From the NCBI RefSeq assembly GCF_009914755.1, contig NC_060929.1: 64,000 nucleotides of DNA. One strand, given 5' to 3'. Under the pieces are notes generated by a model that did not search any database, was not told the origin of the DNA, and saw nothing but the letters and a program-made list of their open reading frames with translations. Shown here in pieces: positions 32,441 to 56,775 of the stretch. This DNA comes from the human T2T-CHM13v2.0 reference genome, Homo sapiens. The first letter of the stretch is position 1. Every line of letters starts with the position of its first letter. A program made the position numbers and the translations under genes.

Positions 32441-32624
32441 GTAAATACCGTAAAATGTTGCAAATCAGTATTTGCTGAATGAATGGATGATTGCAACATT
32501 TTGAGCTCTAGAATGTTGAGCAAGTTGGCAAGGCTTTCTGAGAGGAGTTGGTTCTCCTAAGAGGTGTTACCACTCTAGGAAGCCTAAGGATTACAGTTGT
32601 TAGATTTAACATATGAAAATATAG

Positions 32625-33720
32625 CAAGTTGGAGCAAAGAGGATTTTTAGGGAAGTGATATTACCCTGCATGATGCTGTAACAGTGGGTATATTATCATT
32701 ATACTGTCGATGAAAAGAGTCAAACTATGTAACATATTTGAAGAGATTTATTCTGAGCCAAGTATGAGTGACCATGGCCCATGGCATAGCCCTTAGGAGA
32801 TCCTGAGAACATATGCCCCAGGTGGTTGGGGCACAGCTTGCTTTTATACATTTTGGGGAGACATGAGACTTTAATCAAATACATTTAAGAATGGCTGGAC
32901 AAGCTGAAGCAGGGCTTCCAGCTTACAGGTAGATTTAAAAATTTTCTGGTTGACGCCAGGTGCAGTGGCTTACGCCTGTAATCCCAGTACTTTGGGAGGC
33001 CGAGGCTGGCGGGTCACCTGAGGTCAGGAGTTCGAGACCAGCCTGGCCAACATGGTGAAACCCTGTCTCTACTAAAATTACAAAAATTAGCCGCTTGTGC
33101 TGTCACCCAGCCTGGGTGACAGACCGAGACTACATCTCAAAAAAAAAAGAAAAAAATTCTGGTTAACAATTTGTTGAGTTTATATAAAGACCTGGGATTA
33201 ACAGAAAAGAATGTCTGGTTAAGGTAAGAGGTTGTGGAGAGGAAGCCTTCAAATAGCAGGCTTTAGAGAGAATCAGTTGTAAATGTTTCTTATCAGACTT
33301 CAAGGTCTGTGTTATTAATTCCGGAAAGGTATAATGAGGTATGTCCAATCCCCACTTCCCATCATGGCCTAAACCAGTCTCTCAGGTTAAATTTTAAGAG
33401 TGCCCTGGCTGAGAAGGAAGTCCATGCGGATGGTTGGGCATCTTAGAATTTTATTTTTGGTCTACAATACATTTGTCCAAACCTGTGGAATGTATAATAC
33501 AACACCAAGAGTGAACCCTAATGTAAACTATGGTCTCCTGGTGATAATGATGAATCCAAGAGCATCAGTTGTAATAAATGCACCACTCTGGTTGGGGATA
33601 TTGATACTTGGGGAGGCTGTGCTTGTGTGGGAGAAGGAAATTTACAGCAAATCTCTGTACTTTACCTTTCAATTTTGCTGTACACCTAAAACTGCTCTAA
33701 AAAATAAAATACATTTTAAA
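32625..33720 (+). mobile_element. L1MC1-like 3' fragment split by the MER4 LTR
   Basis: AGAGGATTTTTAGGG..CATTATAC|ATTTGTCCAAACC..GAGTGAACCCTAATGTAAACTATGG..AAAACTGCTCTAAAAAATAAA. Confidence 0.75.
32705..33466 (-). mobile_element. MER4-family solo LTR containing an internally deleted Alu (32954-33155)
   Basis: Ends TGTCGATGAAAAGAGTCAAAC and TTTTATTTTTGGTCTACA; 4-bp TSD ATAC at 32701 and 33467. Confidence 0.85.
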
Positions 33721-33739
33721 AATACAGGAGGCCCAGTTA

Positions 33740-34059
<320 letters not shown>

Positions 34060-34656
34060 TTAAAACTTATTAAAAAAATTATTCTGGGCGGGGCATGGTG
34101 GCTCATGTCTTGTAATCCCAGCACTTTGGAAGCCAAGGTGGGCCGATCACCTAAGATCAGGAGTTTCGAGACTGGCCTGGCCAACATGGCAAAACCTTGT
34201 CTCTACTGAAAATATGAAAATTAGCTTGGTGTGGTGGCATGCACCTCTAGTCCCAGATACTCAGGATGCTAAGGCAGGAGAATTGTTTGAACCTGGGAGG
34301 CGGAGGTTGCAGTGAGCTAAGATCTCACCCCTACACTCCATCCTGGGCGATAGAGCAAGACTCTGTCTCAAAAAAAAAATTATTCTGAAATAATCTGAAA
34401 TTCAAATTTGACTGGGATTCCTGTATTTTATCTGGCAATCTTACTTAGGATATGTGTGGAGCAATTTTGGTGACATATTGTAAGATGGGGGACAGTGGGG
34501 AAGTGGAATGTGTGTATACTACTGGTTATGGACTAGTCCCACACAGTGAACTGTCCCACCAAATGCCAATAGTACTACTTGTGAAAAATGACAGGCTTGT
34601 TGAGGAGGATAAAAACTTTTCCTCTACCCTCTTAGGTACATCAATGGGGACCTTTC

Positions 34657-35056
34657 TTTTTTTTGTTTTTGTTTTTACTTTTGCTCCACACATACAGAGA
34701 AGCTTCTCTAGTAATGATCTATAGAAATTATCCCTGATAGCATAGCAATGATCTATAGAAATTAGTAATGATCTATAGAAATTATCCCTGATAGCATAGC
34801 AATGATCTATAGAAATTAGTAATGATCTATAGAAATTAGTAATCATCTATAGAAATTATCCCTGGTAGCATAGTTTTAGGGCCTTTCAATTAGTAATGAT
34901 CTATAGTAATGATCTCTAGTAATGACCTATAGAAATGATCATTTCTATATTAATGATTTACAGAAATGATCTATAGAAATTATCCCTGATAGCATATTAA
35001 TGATCTATATAAATTAGGTAATGATCTATAGAAATTATCCCCGATAGCATAGTTTT
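34657..35056 (-). pseudogene. 3'-truncated U3 snoRNA retrocopy with its 5' part tandemly amplified
   Basis: Minus-strand pieces read AAAACTATGCTATCAGGGATAATTTCTATAGATCATTACTAGAGAAGCTTCTCTGTATGTGTGGAGCA plus an A-rich tail, matching roughly U3 nt 1-68. TSD-like GGGACCTTTC (34647) / AGGGCCTTTC (35057). Confidence 0.85.
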
Positions 35057-35070
35057 AGGGCCTTTCAATT
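34709..35070. repeat. Compound minisatellite (AGTAATGATCTATAGAAATT / ATCCCTGATAGCATAG units)
   Basis: 54-bp and about 20-bp periodicity, reflected in the repeated peptide of ORF 34526..34846. Confidence 0.9.
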
Positions 35071-35104
35071 AAACTGACAAAAGGCAGATTAAGACGGGGA
35101 ATGA

Positions 35105-35426
<322 letters not shown>

Positions 35427-35749
35427 TCAGATGCAGATACCCAGGCTCTTGGCCTCCTGCGCATCTGGGAGAATTCCAGGAAGAGTTAGCCACTACTACA
35501 AAAAATCTGCAGTCCTCCCAAACTCAGTAGAATCTAAAACACAGAGCTACCTTAATCAGATTTATTTTCATAACCAGGTTCATGTTTTGGTTTTTGAAGT
35601 TTTGCTTGCTATTCAAGTGTGCTACTCACATCTCAAATCTTTGTTCTCAGCTTCTCAGCTTTGTGAGTTTAAATGAAATCTGTTCATATCTGACGTTCCT
35701 CAAGCAAATATTTCTTGGTTTTATTATCCTTTTTCCCAATGAATAATAC

Positions 35750-36410
35750 AGCAGACAGTTTGGTTGCCTATCCAACAGCCATTTCCAGCCCCTCCTTTCA
35801 TGCACTTCTTTTTCTAAGGCTAAAAAACCTAATTTTTCACTTCGCCATCCACCCTTGAAACTAGGGGTTTGCAATGTGGCCCACTTCTGGCCATTGATGT
35901 ATAATAGGAAGTTTGCTTGGTAACTTCCTAGAAAGATTTTTCTTCCTGATAAAAGAAAAGTAGAAAGTGAGAAGCATGCCTTTTTCCTTCCCCACCTTCC
36001 TGCTTTTCTGTATGTTGTGTGGTGAGAACAAAACATTTGGTGCTTCTATAGCCAATGTGTGCCCATCAGGGGTAAGCCTACACTTTGCTGCTGAACAATT
36101 CTGGAACTATCTTTATTGTATGACTCAATTGTATGTCTTTATTTTTATTTTTATTTTTCAGAGATGGGGTCTTGCTATGTTGCCCAGGCTGGTCACAAAC
36201 TCCTGTCCTGGGCTCAAGGGATCCTCCTGCCTCAGCCTCCTCTGGCATACATAGCTGGGAATATAGGCACATGCTACAACCTAATAATAAATATTTATAA
36301 AATATATATTTAATAATAACATATTATAATAATATATATTTAATAATAAATATTTTTTATTTAAGCCACTGCTAGTTGCCTAGTCTGTTATGTACAGCCT
36401 AACACATATA
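35750..36410 (+). mobile_element. LTR33-like ERVL LTR with a FLAM (36138-36280)
   Basis: TTCTGGCCATTGA..GGAAGTTTGC and TTAAGCCACTG..CTGTTA..CAGCC motifs. Confidence 0.5.
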
Positions 36411-38162
36411 ATATAAATATTATTTATGCATTTGAATATTTAATATAGCCATCATGTTTGCATTTGTTGATTAGTAAATATATGGTTACACTTCATTTGT
36501 TCCCTTTCTGGAATGACTGCTAGAAAGTTGAACAGGTTGTATGGAAACCTTTGGAGCAATCTAATATTTCAATTAAAAAGGAAGAGAGAAACATACAGAC
36601 TACTACATTCACTCTGTATAGAAACATCATTAAAGAGATCCATAACCAGGAATTGCCATCGTAATATGAATGTGACTTTTAAACCCAATACTTTCCTAAT
36701 TCTAGTCCATCTCTTACATTCTCTGCTGTTTAAAAATAGCTTTATTGAAAGATAATTCACATACTATACAATTCACAGTTCCTCTTTGAAAAGAATTTGC
36801 ATCCTACTTTGTAGAATGAAGACTATCAAGTTTAACCTTTCTGACTAGATAGTCTCTATCTCTACATTTACCATGTCCAAGACCAATCCCTCCACCCTTG
36901 ATTCCTTATCTCCTCTGTGTTTACTCCATCAGGAGTCTTTAGTGTCCTTCCATTTATATAAGGAGCTACTTCTTAGATAGGCCTTTCCAAAGGAGGCATA
37001 GCAGTGGGGTGTGACACAAATGGGGTTAGCTAAGGCCTGTGGTCAGACAGTAAGAGGTCTGTGCAGGGCAAGATTACTGACTAGACCCAGGCAGCAGGGC
37101 TTGGCAAGTTTAGGAGACCAAACAGGCTTTAAAGCTTCTTTTAAAGGTAGCAATCAAGGTCAGAGAAGCAAAGTAATTAGACTTTTCAAAACAGTAGTCC
37201 TGAGCCACTGCTAGAAAGGACTTGTTCTCTGCAGCCTAGGAAGCCACTGCCTTTTTATCTATTGTAGTGTAGGTATTCTCCAGTCAGCACCTTTCCCTGT
37301 GAGAGCCTTGTAGATATTAGGGCAATTTAAAAACTTCTTAGTCTCTAAAAAACAACCAAACAAATATATTTAAAAAGAAAGATTGAAGGAAAGGAAAAGA
37401 AAGATACTATCTTCATCTATTCAAGAGTTCTCAGTCTCCAGGTCAGATTCAAGCCTCCGATTGAGTCCCTCATGGCAAGCTAATTCTTCAGAGTCTTGTC
37501 ATTTTCTTCATAGATTTCCTATTTCAGGAACCCGCTTGAGAAAAGGGCAAAAAGTAAGTAAAAGGGCAAAGACAATTTACACAGTGAAGGTCTCCTTATG
37601 TCTTCATCATCTAATCTAACATTGATAACCTCCACTTTACCAAAGTACATTTCTGACAGTCACTAATGACTTTCTAAAATCCTAAATCCGATGTTCTCTT
37701 AGACTTCAATTCTTTTTACTCTCTGAGCAGCAACCTTTTCCCCCCCCCAGGCACTTCCTAAAATCATTATTCCTCAATGCCCCTCCCATCCACCTGACTG
37801 CGTTAGAAGAGTTGAACCCTTGACTACTAATATTGGGTAGTCACTAAGCTTTAGTTCTCAGTTCTCTACTCCACTTTCTTCACCTTCTCCCTTGGAAATC
37901 TCCTCCATTCATGACGCTAAACTCTTGACAAAAGATAGCTCTTGGTTTTGTATTACCTGCTCTGACAGCATTCCTGAGCCCCAATCCCATCTTCCCAACT
38001 ATCTTCTGTAATAGACGCCCCATGATTACTTCAACTTCTAATGCTGAAATTAGTCTTAGCCTTACCTACCCAAAATGGCTTATCCTACTATTTTCTCCCT
38101 ATCTTACTACATTAGTAAAATACCATTTCCTTAGTCATCCAACCCTGCTAATTAGTGGCTAG

Positions 38163-39751
<1,589 letters not shown>

Positions 39752-40017
39752 CTAGTGTTCTCTCTGTTAATTCATATGCTTAATACTTTCTAAAGATGCA
39801 GAAAAACTGGAATTCTCATGTTGGTGGGAATTTAAGTTATCATGTGTTAGTCTTGTTATCCAAAGTGACAGAAATGGAATTCAAGCGAACTTAAGAAAAA
39901 AAAAGTAGGTAGAGGTTGGGCATGGTGGTTCACACCTGTAATCCCAACACTTTGGTAGGCCAAGGAGGGAGGATTGCTTGAGGCCAACATAGCATGACTC
40001 ATCTCTCTCTCTCTCAC

Positions 40018-40286
40018 TATATATATATATATTATATATATATAATATATATATTTTATATATTATATATTAAATATATATAATATATATATTATATATA
40101 TTATATATATATTTTATATATTATATATTAAATATATATAATATATATATTATATATATTATATATATATTTTATATATTATATATTAAATATATATAAT
40201 ATATATTATATATTAAATATATATAATATATATATTATATATTAAATATATATATTATATATATAATATATATATTATATATATAT
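40018..40286. repeat. Pure A/T (TA)n-based minisatellite, 58-bp period
   Basis: 269 bp with no G or C, following a FLAM fragment and (CT)n. Confidence 0.95.
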
Positions 40287-40659
40287 GTAAAGTAGGTGGG
40301 GAGGATTTTGTGCTCACATAATTGGGTAGGATGGACATTAAACAGGACTGGACCAAGAGTTCAAGTGAGGTTGTCATGGCTTCCCTTTACTCCCTGTAGT
40401 AAATATCAAAAATGGAGTTCAGCTCTACTTTTCTTTCTTCATTCTTCCTAAAACACTCAAGGGTCATTTATGTTCAGGGACAATGTTTAATTACTTCAAA
40501 AATGCAAGAGTTCCCTGATAGATGCAGCAGAAAATCCTGGAGAAAGATTCTGATTGACCCAGCTGGGGTTCATCCCTGAGTCAATTACAGTAGCTAGGGA
40601 AACAGAGGTGAGGCAGTATAGACCTGCCTGGGAAAGGGCATGTGTTCTGTGTTGCCAGA

Positions 40660-41180
40660 CATAATGGACTTAAATCCCAGCTAGCTGTGTGACCTTGGGA
40701 AATTACTGCCCTTTACTGTTTTCGTTTCCTTATCTGTAATCTAGGGATTATATTGTAAAGATTACATTCTGTGTAGAAATACACAGAACAATCCCTGGCA
40801 AGCAGAATATATTGCATAAATCTTACCGAGTAGTTTTATTATCGGTCATGTGTCTTTCCTTGTGGTTTGAGTGGGAGGGGTTGCTATGAGTAGGAGGTGG
40901 TAGTGGAGATGGAGAACAGTGTAGAGGGTTCGTTTTTTCTCTTGTATAGAGGCAGTATACTATAACAGTTAAGAACTTCTCCCTCTACCCCTTACTATGT
41001 GACTTGGGCAAGGAAATTTACTCTGTCTCAGTTTCCTTAGTTGTACAAGTTAGAAAATAATAGGGGAAAATAATGGGGGAGGAGGGAATAATAGTATCTA
41101 TCTCTTCAGGTTGACATGAGAATTAAATGAGTCAATACAGAATGCTTAGAATAGTACTTTACTAAATATTCACTTGATGT
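40660..41180 (+). mobile_element. MIR fragments
   Basis: AGCTGTGTGACCTTGGG, GTGACTTGGGCAAG..TCTCAGTTTCCT, GAGAATTAAATGAG. Confidence 0.7.
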
Positions 41181-41304
41181 TAATGACTACAATGATTACA
41201 CAATTGATATTTCTTTTTAATTTGCCCACGGTATCTAACTGGTATCTATACTGCTAGACTTGGTTCCCATGTCCCACTTTGTGAAATGTGTAGGATTTAT
41301 GTAA

Positions 41305-42911
<1,607 letters not shown>

Positions 42912-42987
42912 CTCTCTAGCAGCTATTTCCACTTCCCTCAGGCAGAAGAGATAAAAAATAAGAATATACGGTAGTTCCAGTTCACAT

Positions 42988-45935
<2,948 letters not shown>

Positions 45936-46263
45936 GCATCTTGTTGCTCAGTTTTATTCTAATACGTGGAATGCTCTTCAAAACTAACAAATGGGCAAAA
46001 TAGAATGAGTAAACATGTTAAATTATGAACCAGCCACAGAATTTATGTGGGAGCCACACAAGTACAACAATCCTGGTTCTGGGTCTAAAATATAAAATTA
46101 AAAAGCACTTGAAGTATAATTTGAAATAATAAAAGACAAACTGTAGGTATGTTAGACCTCAAAAAATAAGTATATTTTAAAAAAAGACAAATTAAGTTTT
46201 GTCCCTTATCTTATGAAAAGCCTGGAATACATAATGAAATTCATTTTTTAAATAAGTTTCGGG

Positions 46264-46383
46264 TTTTTTTTTTTCCCCACATCAGATGGGTAATGTGCAG
46301 ATGATGGCGCAACAAGGTTTGAGGGAGGGACGTCTCACACAAGTGTGAACACACAATCATCCCACTTATGAACTAAAAAGTAT
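46264..46383 (-). pseudogene. U13 (SNORD13) snoRNA retrocopy
   Basis: The reverse complement of 46282-46383 follows U13 (ATCCTTTTGTAGTTCATGAGCGTGATGATTGGGTGTTCA...CACATTACCCGTCTGA) with substitutions. The T-run at 46264-46274 is the A tail. Confidence 0.85.
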
Positions 46384-46530
46384 CTCGTAAGTAGCTTTTT
46401 ATTGTCAGACAAAGTAAATGTACATTGCAAAAAATGTAGTAAAAATAAAAGGAAATAAATTTACTAGTACTCGTCCCACCCTGGTATTATTATAGTTTGA
46501 AGTCTTCATACTACAACAAAAGGGGGAGTT

Positions 46531-47161
<631 letters not shown>

Positions 47162-47661
47162 TATTTGGAGAGTTTCTATACACATTCATGCAACATTTAC
47201 AGAACACCCTGAATGGGTGGGACTGGTGCGGTGCTAGACATTAAGGACAGACTTGTGTCCTGTTCCTCTGTATTCCAAAGAGGCTTACGGTATACAGGGG
47301 GAGACATATAAACAGATGTTTGTCAATTATAATACAAAACTTGTGTCAAAATACAATGAGAGTTGAATCTCAGTTTGTAGCTGTGACTCTGATCATTCTG
47401 GAATTCCTAGGTTCTTTTCCAAAACAAACGCTCAATGCAGGGCTGGTGTGTTGTTATTACCAGCACTATTTCAAATCACGTGTTAAGATAACTTAGGCTA
47501 AGAAAATACCACTTTCCTACTTGTCAAGTGTTCGAGCCTTTCAAAAACCATCCCGTTTAGGGACTTGGAAACACGCGCAAGGCTGGAGAAACCATTAAGC
47601 TGCTAACGTAGACGTTTCAAGGGTCACATTTACTCAAGAGACACTCAGGTCGCCCGGGGGA

Positions 47662-47687
47662 GCGGTGCATATTGGGACTTGTAGTCC
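47662..47687 (-). promoter_or_regulatory. ZNF143/THAP11-type site (ACTACAnnTCCCA-extended SBS)
   Basis: Minus strand reads GGACTACAAGTCCCAATATGCACCGC. A degenerate opposite-facing copy (AACTGCAACTCCC...ATGCAC) starts near 47703. Confidence 0.7.
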
Positions 47688-47883
47688 TACCAGAACCGAG
47701 GAAACTGCAACTCCCTTTAGGATGCACTTCTCCCCTTTAAATTTTCTGGCCCAACAGTTAGATGACGCCCTAACCTAAAGCACAACTTACCACATCTCAC
47801 TCATTCTGGGTTCATCAGGCTTCTGCCAGGCTTATCAGGTTCAAGCTCAAACGCACGGCGTTCTCCTGTAGAAGCCTCAAAGA

Positions 47884-47942
47884 GATTGGCTTATTCTCGG
47901 TGGTGGGCGGAGCCCTAGGTGGACCGGGGGTCGGGATTGGCC
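47884..47942. promoter_or_regulatory. Two inverted CCAAT boxes flanking a GC box
   Basis: GATTGGC at about 47884 and 47935, and GGGCGGAG at 47905. Confidence 0.6.
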
Positions 47943-48043
47943 AGTTTCTGACTAGAAGAGGCGTTTTTATGTTCACTTGCTGATACGCACGCTGTGGTAA
48001 AAAAGTGAATTCTTTACCACAGTAGCAGCTGCCCCGAGCGAAG

Positions 48044-48053
48044 TCTCGCGATA
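48044..48053. promoter_or_regulatory. CGCG element / BANP-type motif TCTCGCGATA
   Basis: Matches TMTCGCGAKA and lies in the CpG island near the presumed TSS region. Confidence 0.7.
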
Positions 48054-48386
48054 TTTCGGCCGCAGGGATCCAGAGGCGCGTAGTGAGTGGCGGAGGACTG
48101 TGGGGGTGGCGGGCACCGGAGCCGGGAAGGGACAGGTCAGGCGGGGAGTGCGAGCGCGTACTGCTTGCGCCACTCGGGCTGGGTCAGGAGCGGCTGCCCG
48201 AGGTCCAGAGGAAGTGTGTGGACAGCGCGGCCTTCCTGGCCGGTGAGTCGGCCCCGGGTCGTGGCCGGTGAGGGGACCCTGAGCTTCACCTGGGCTAGCG
48301 CGGGGAGTGACAGGTGCGCGAAGGAGCGCGGCGCTCCGCCCTCTCGCCGACCCGCCCCCTCCGGGCCTCGCCCTCCGGGGCTCGGG

Positions 48387-48476
48387 ATGAGTCGCGGGCC
48401 CCAGCTGAGCGGCTCCGGCTCCAGGCGCCTGTCGCTGCTTCTGCCGTCGCCACCGAAGAGCGGCCGCCGCCCCTGA
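48387..48476 (+). other. Candidate uORF1 in the DMXL1 5' leader (29 aa)
   Basis: gggATGa at 48387 to TGA at 48474-48476, encoding MSRGPQLSGSGSRRLSLLLPSPPKSGRRP. Translation is not shown by sequence alone. Confidence 0.4.
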
Positions 48477-48512
48477 GGGAAGGAGGGAGGGAAGCAGCCG
48501 CTGACCCGTGGC

Positions 48513-48545
48513 ATGAGCTGGATGCGGTGTCCGTTGCAGGACTAG
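48513..48545 (+). other. Candidate uORF2 (MSWMRCPLQD*)
   Basis: ATGs at 48513 and 48522. TAG at 48543-48545 lies 9 nt before the main ATG, in the same frame. Confidence 0.45.
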
Positions 48546-48554
48546 GGCGCCGAC

Positions 48555-48641
48555 ATGAACCTGCACCAGGTGCTGACCGGGGCTGTGAACCCTGGCGACC
48601 ACTGCTTCTCCGTGGGCAGCATTGGCGACCAGCGCTTCACG
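48555..48641 (+). CDS. DMXL1: DMXL1 (DmX-like protein 1, WD40/rabconnectin-3 family) first coding exon, 29 codons
   Basis: gccgacATG at 48555 encodes MNLHQVLTGAVNPGDHCFSVGSIGDQRFT, the N-terminus I recognise for DMXL1. It ends at a phase-0 donor ACG|GTGAGT (GT at 48642). Confidence 0.95.
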
Positions 48642-50059
48642 GTGAGTGAGGGAGGCCCTCGCGTCGCCCGTGGCCCGGCCTTTGCCCGTCATTCTGGGCC
48701 GAGCTTGGCCCAGAACGACGGGCAGAGGCGCGAGGTCTTGTCTCCCCAGGGGGGTCCTTACCACCCAGAACCCAGCAGACCTGGCCCTTGAGAACTAAGG
48801 AAGCAAAACCATGTCGGTCAGTGAGGTACTGTATGGAGCCTGAACTCAAGTTAGAATATTTTGTAGGATTTTTAAAGTTTTTGGTCTGTCTGCCTTGGGC
48901 CAGGGTGCTTTGCCAAAGTCGTTTGTTCAAAAATCTTTGTTGAGTAACGAGTTGGGGGCTTTTTTATACCATTCTATAGGTTCAAATTGTCAAATTTAGG
49001 AATAGTGGAGATTGGTTTCATTTTGTATTCTAAGTTAAGGTCAAGTATCTTTGTAGTTAAAAAGTGGGTGTCTCAAAACAATTACCAATTGTTTGCCATC
49101 AACAACTAGCCTTGAGAACAGTGTTTTTCATTTATTTTCTTTTCTAATTCCCTGAGAAATAACTTCGGAAAGAAAAAAAAGCCTTTTCATTTTTAAAAAT
49201 ATTTCTTGGATATTTTACAATAACCTGGTAATCCCAGGTTAAGGTTGCTTAACTTGCTTTTCATTGGTCACATATTGACAAGAAGAGGGCACCAAATTTC
49301 GGGCTACTTGTCAGTATAGTGGCATTTTTCTACCTTAACTATAGGTTTTTTTTTAATAACAATTTCAAAATATAAGTCAGTAATTGCACATGATACTTTT
49401 ATCTACATAAATTTATAATGCTAATGATTTTTGCTACAATTTGTGTAGATACCTCTTTAGTTGTGATTAAAAGTAAAACTTGTCACTGCCTGGGAATACT
49501 AAGTGCTGTAGGCTTTTTTCTTTAAAAAAAATAAAAGTAAAACTTAATTTTGTATAAGTGACACAAAGTAAACAACGTAACCAATGCCCCAGGTTTAGGA
49601 GTGTTAAATTTCTAATCTTTTTCTCTGCTTTTAATTTTTCTGTGGTCTTTGTTGGTCAGAATAAATAATACTCAGCATTTAAAATGGTGGAGGCATTTAA
49701 TGCCTGAATTGTACTTTTAGAATTGTGCCAAGAAGCATTTTGTTTTCAAATAGAGACTGTACCTCCCCTTTAGATTGACTCATACACATCTTAATTATCG
49801 GGATTCCAATTCTAAATGTTTGCCCAGCCTGAATACTTGGGAAAAGAGTGAGCTCTGAGGGTCCCAGTGAGCAACTATAGTTTCCTTACACCTGGGCATT
49901 GCTCTCTGCTCTTGCTGCTTGAGAGGAAAGTAAACATCATCCTTAGAAGGTTTTCCTAGTGGGAAATTATAGGATAATATTGTTGCATTCTCTGTCATTT
50001 CCTAAATTTATATGAGTGCTTTCTCCAGTGTAAATTCTAAGAACTTTTGCTTTTTAAAA

Positions 50060-55812
<5,753 letters not shown>

Positions 55813-56581
55813 TAATTCTTGACCTTATTACCTGTTGTTTCACCGTTATTGCTACACATTTTAACTTTACAATTTATATAATTTAGCATGAGTTAATTTA
55901 GCAACAGTCTTTGTTGCCAGTATCCTTTAACTGTCTGGACCCTTTTTGTTTGCGCCAGTCTGATGAAATTCCACACACTTGATCAGTCTCATGTTCTTTC
56001 TTGTTCCTGTATATCTCATGAGCACTACTAGACTATGTAAAGAAATTCCTGTGGAAAATAAAGTCATGTTTGCCAACCTCAAATGGGACCTCAAAGCTTT
56101 CCAGGAATCCTCCCACCAGTCTGCTCATTTTTCCTTTCTTGTACCTTCTGAAACCTCCCACCCCAGTGCTCTCTTAACTCATATAAACTTGCCACCTGGA
56201 ATCATTCAGATGGCAGCTCCCTCATTTTTGACTACAAGCTGAAAAATCCACTTATATCAGCATCCATTCTTTCCTTCTCTCCTCCTGGTACAATAAAATA
56301 AATGTCCCCCAGAATTGTCCAGGGTTAATCAGTCTTCTTGGTGCCGTGGATCTTATCTATTCAGGCTGTCTCTGGGAGCTCAGCCCTAAAGTTATCTCTA
56401 CTTTTTTCTTTCCAGAGTTTCTAAAACATGCTTAAAATTCTCATCTTGAAAAACAGCCAACCTGAAAATCCTTTGCTGCCACATCCCTCTTTATCTTTGA
56501 CTTCAAAGTCCTTGAATTGTCTGTATTTGTTGCCACTTTTATGTCCTGCTCACTTCTTAACTCACTATACTTTGGCAGCTT

Positions 56582-56775
56582 TTTTCTCCTTAGTCACTGG
56601 TAACCACATTGATGCTAATTTGAATCAACAGATCTCCTTTGTACCTTGCTTTCTCTTTGGCATTTGTCATGTTGATCATTTTCTCCTTAGTCACTGGTAA
56701 CCACATTGATGCTAATTTGAATCAACAGATCTCCTTTGTACCTTGCTTTCTCTTTGGCATTTGTCATGTTGATCA
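56582..56775. repeat. Perfect 97-bp tandem duplication within L2-like sequence
   Basis: CTCCTTAGTCACTGG at 56586 and 56683; the copies read identical. Confidence 0.92.

Larger units (their letters stand above)
47570..48780. promoter_or_regulatory. CpG island / DMXL1 promoter
   Basis: Abrupt rise in GC content and CpG density around the first coding exon, against an AT-rich, CpG-depleted background. Confidence 0.9.

Noticed and set aside
34709-35070. Repeat array superficially like CRISPR
   Set aside because: No unique spacers, no cas genes, primate context; explained as a U3-derived minisatellite.
47973-48764. 263-aa minus-strand ORF and other overlapping ORFs in the CpG island
   Set aside because: Pro/Arg/Ala/Gly-rich, expected from stop-codon scarcity in GC-rich DNA, with no recognisable domain.
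48642-48791. C-terminal part of the 78-aa ORF 48555..48791
   Set aside because: This is read-through into the intron past the GTGAGT donor.
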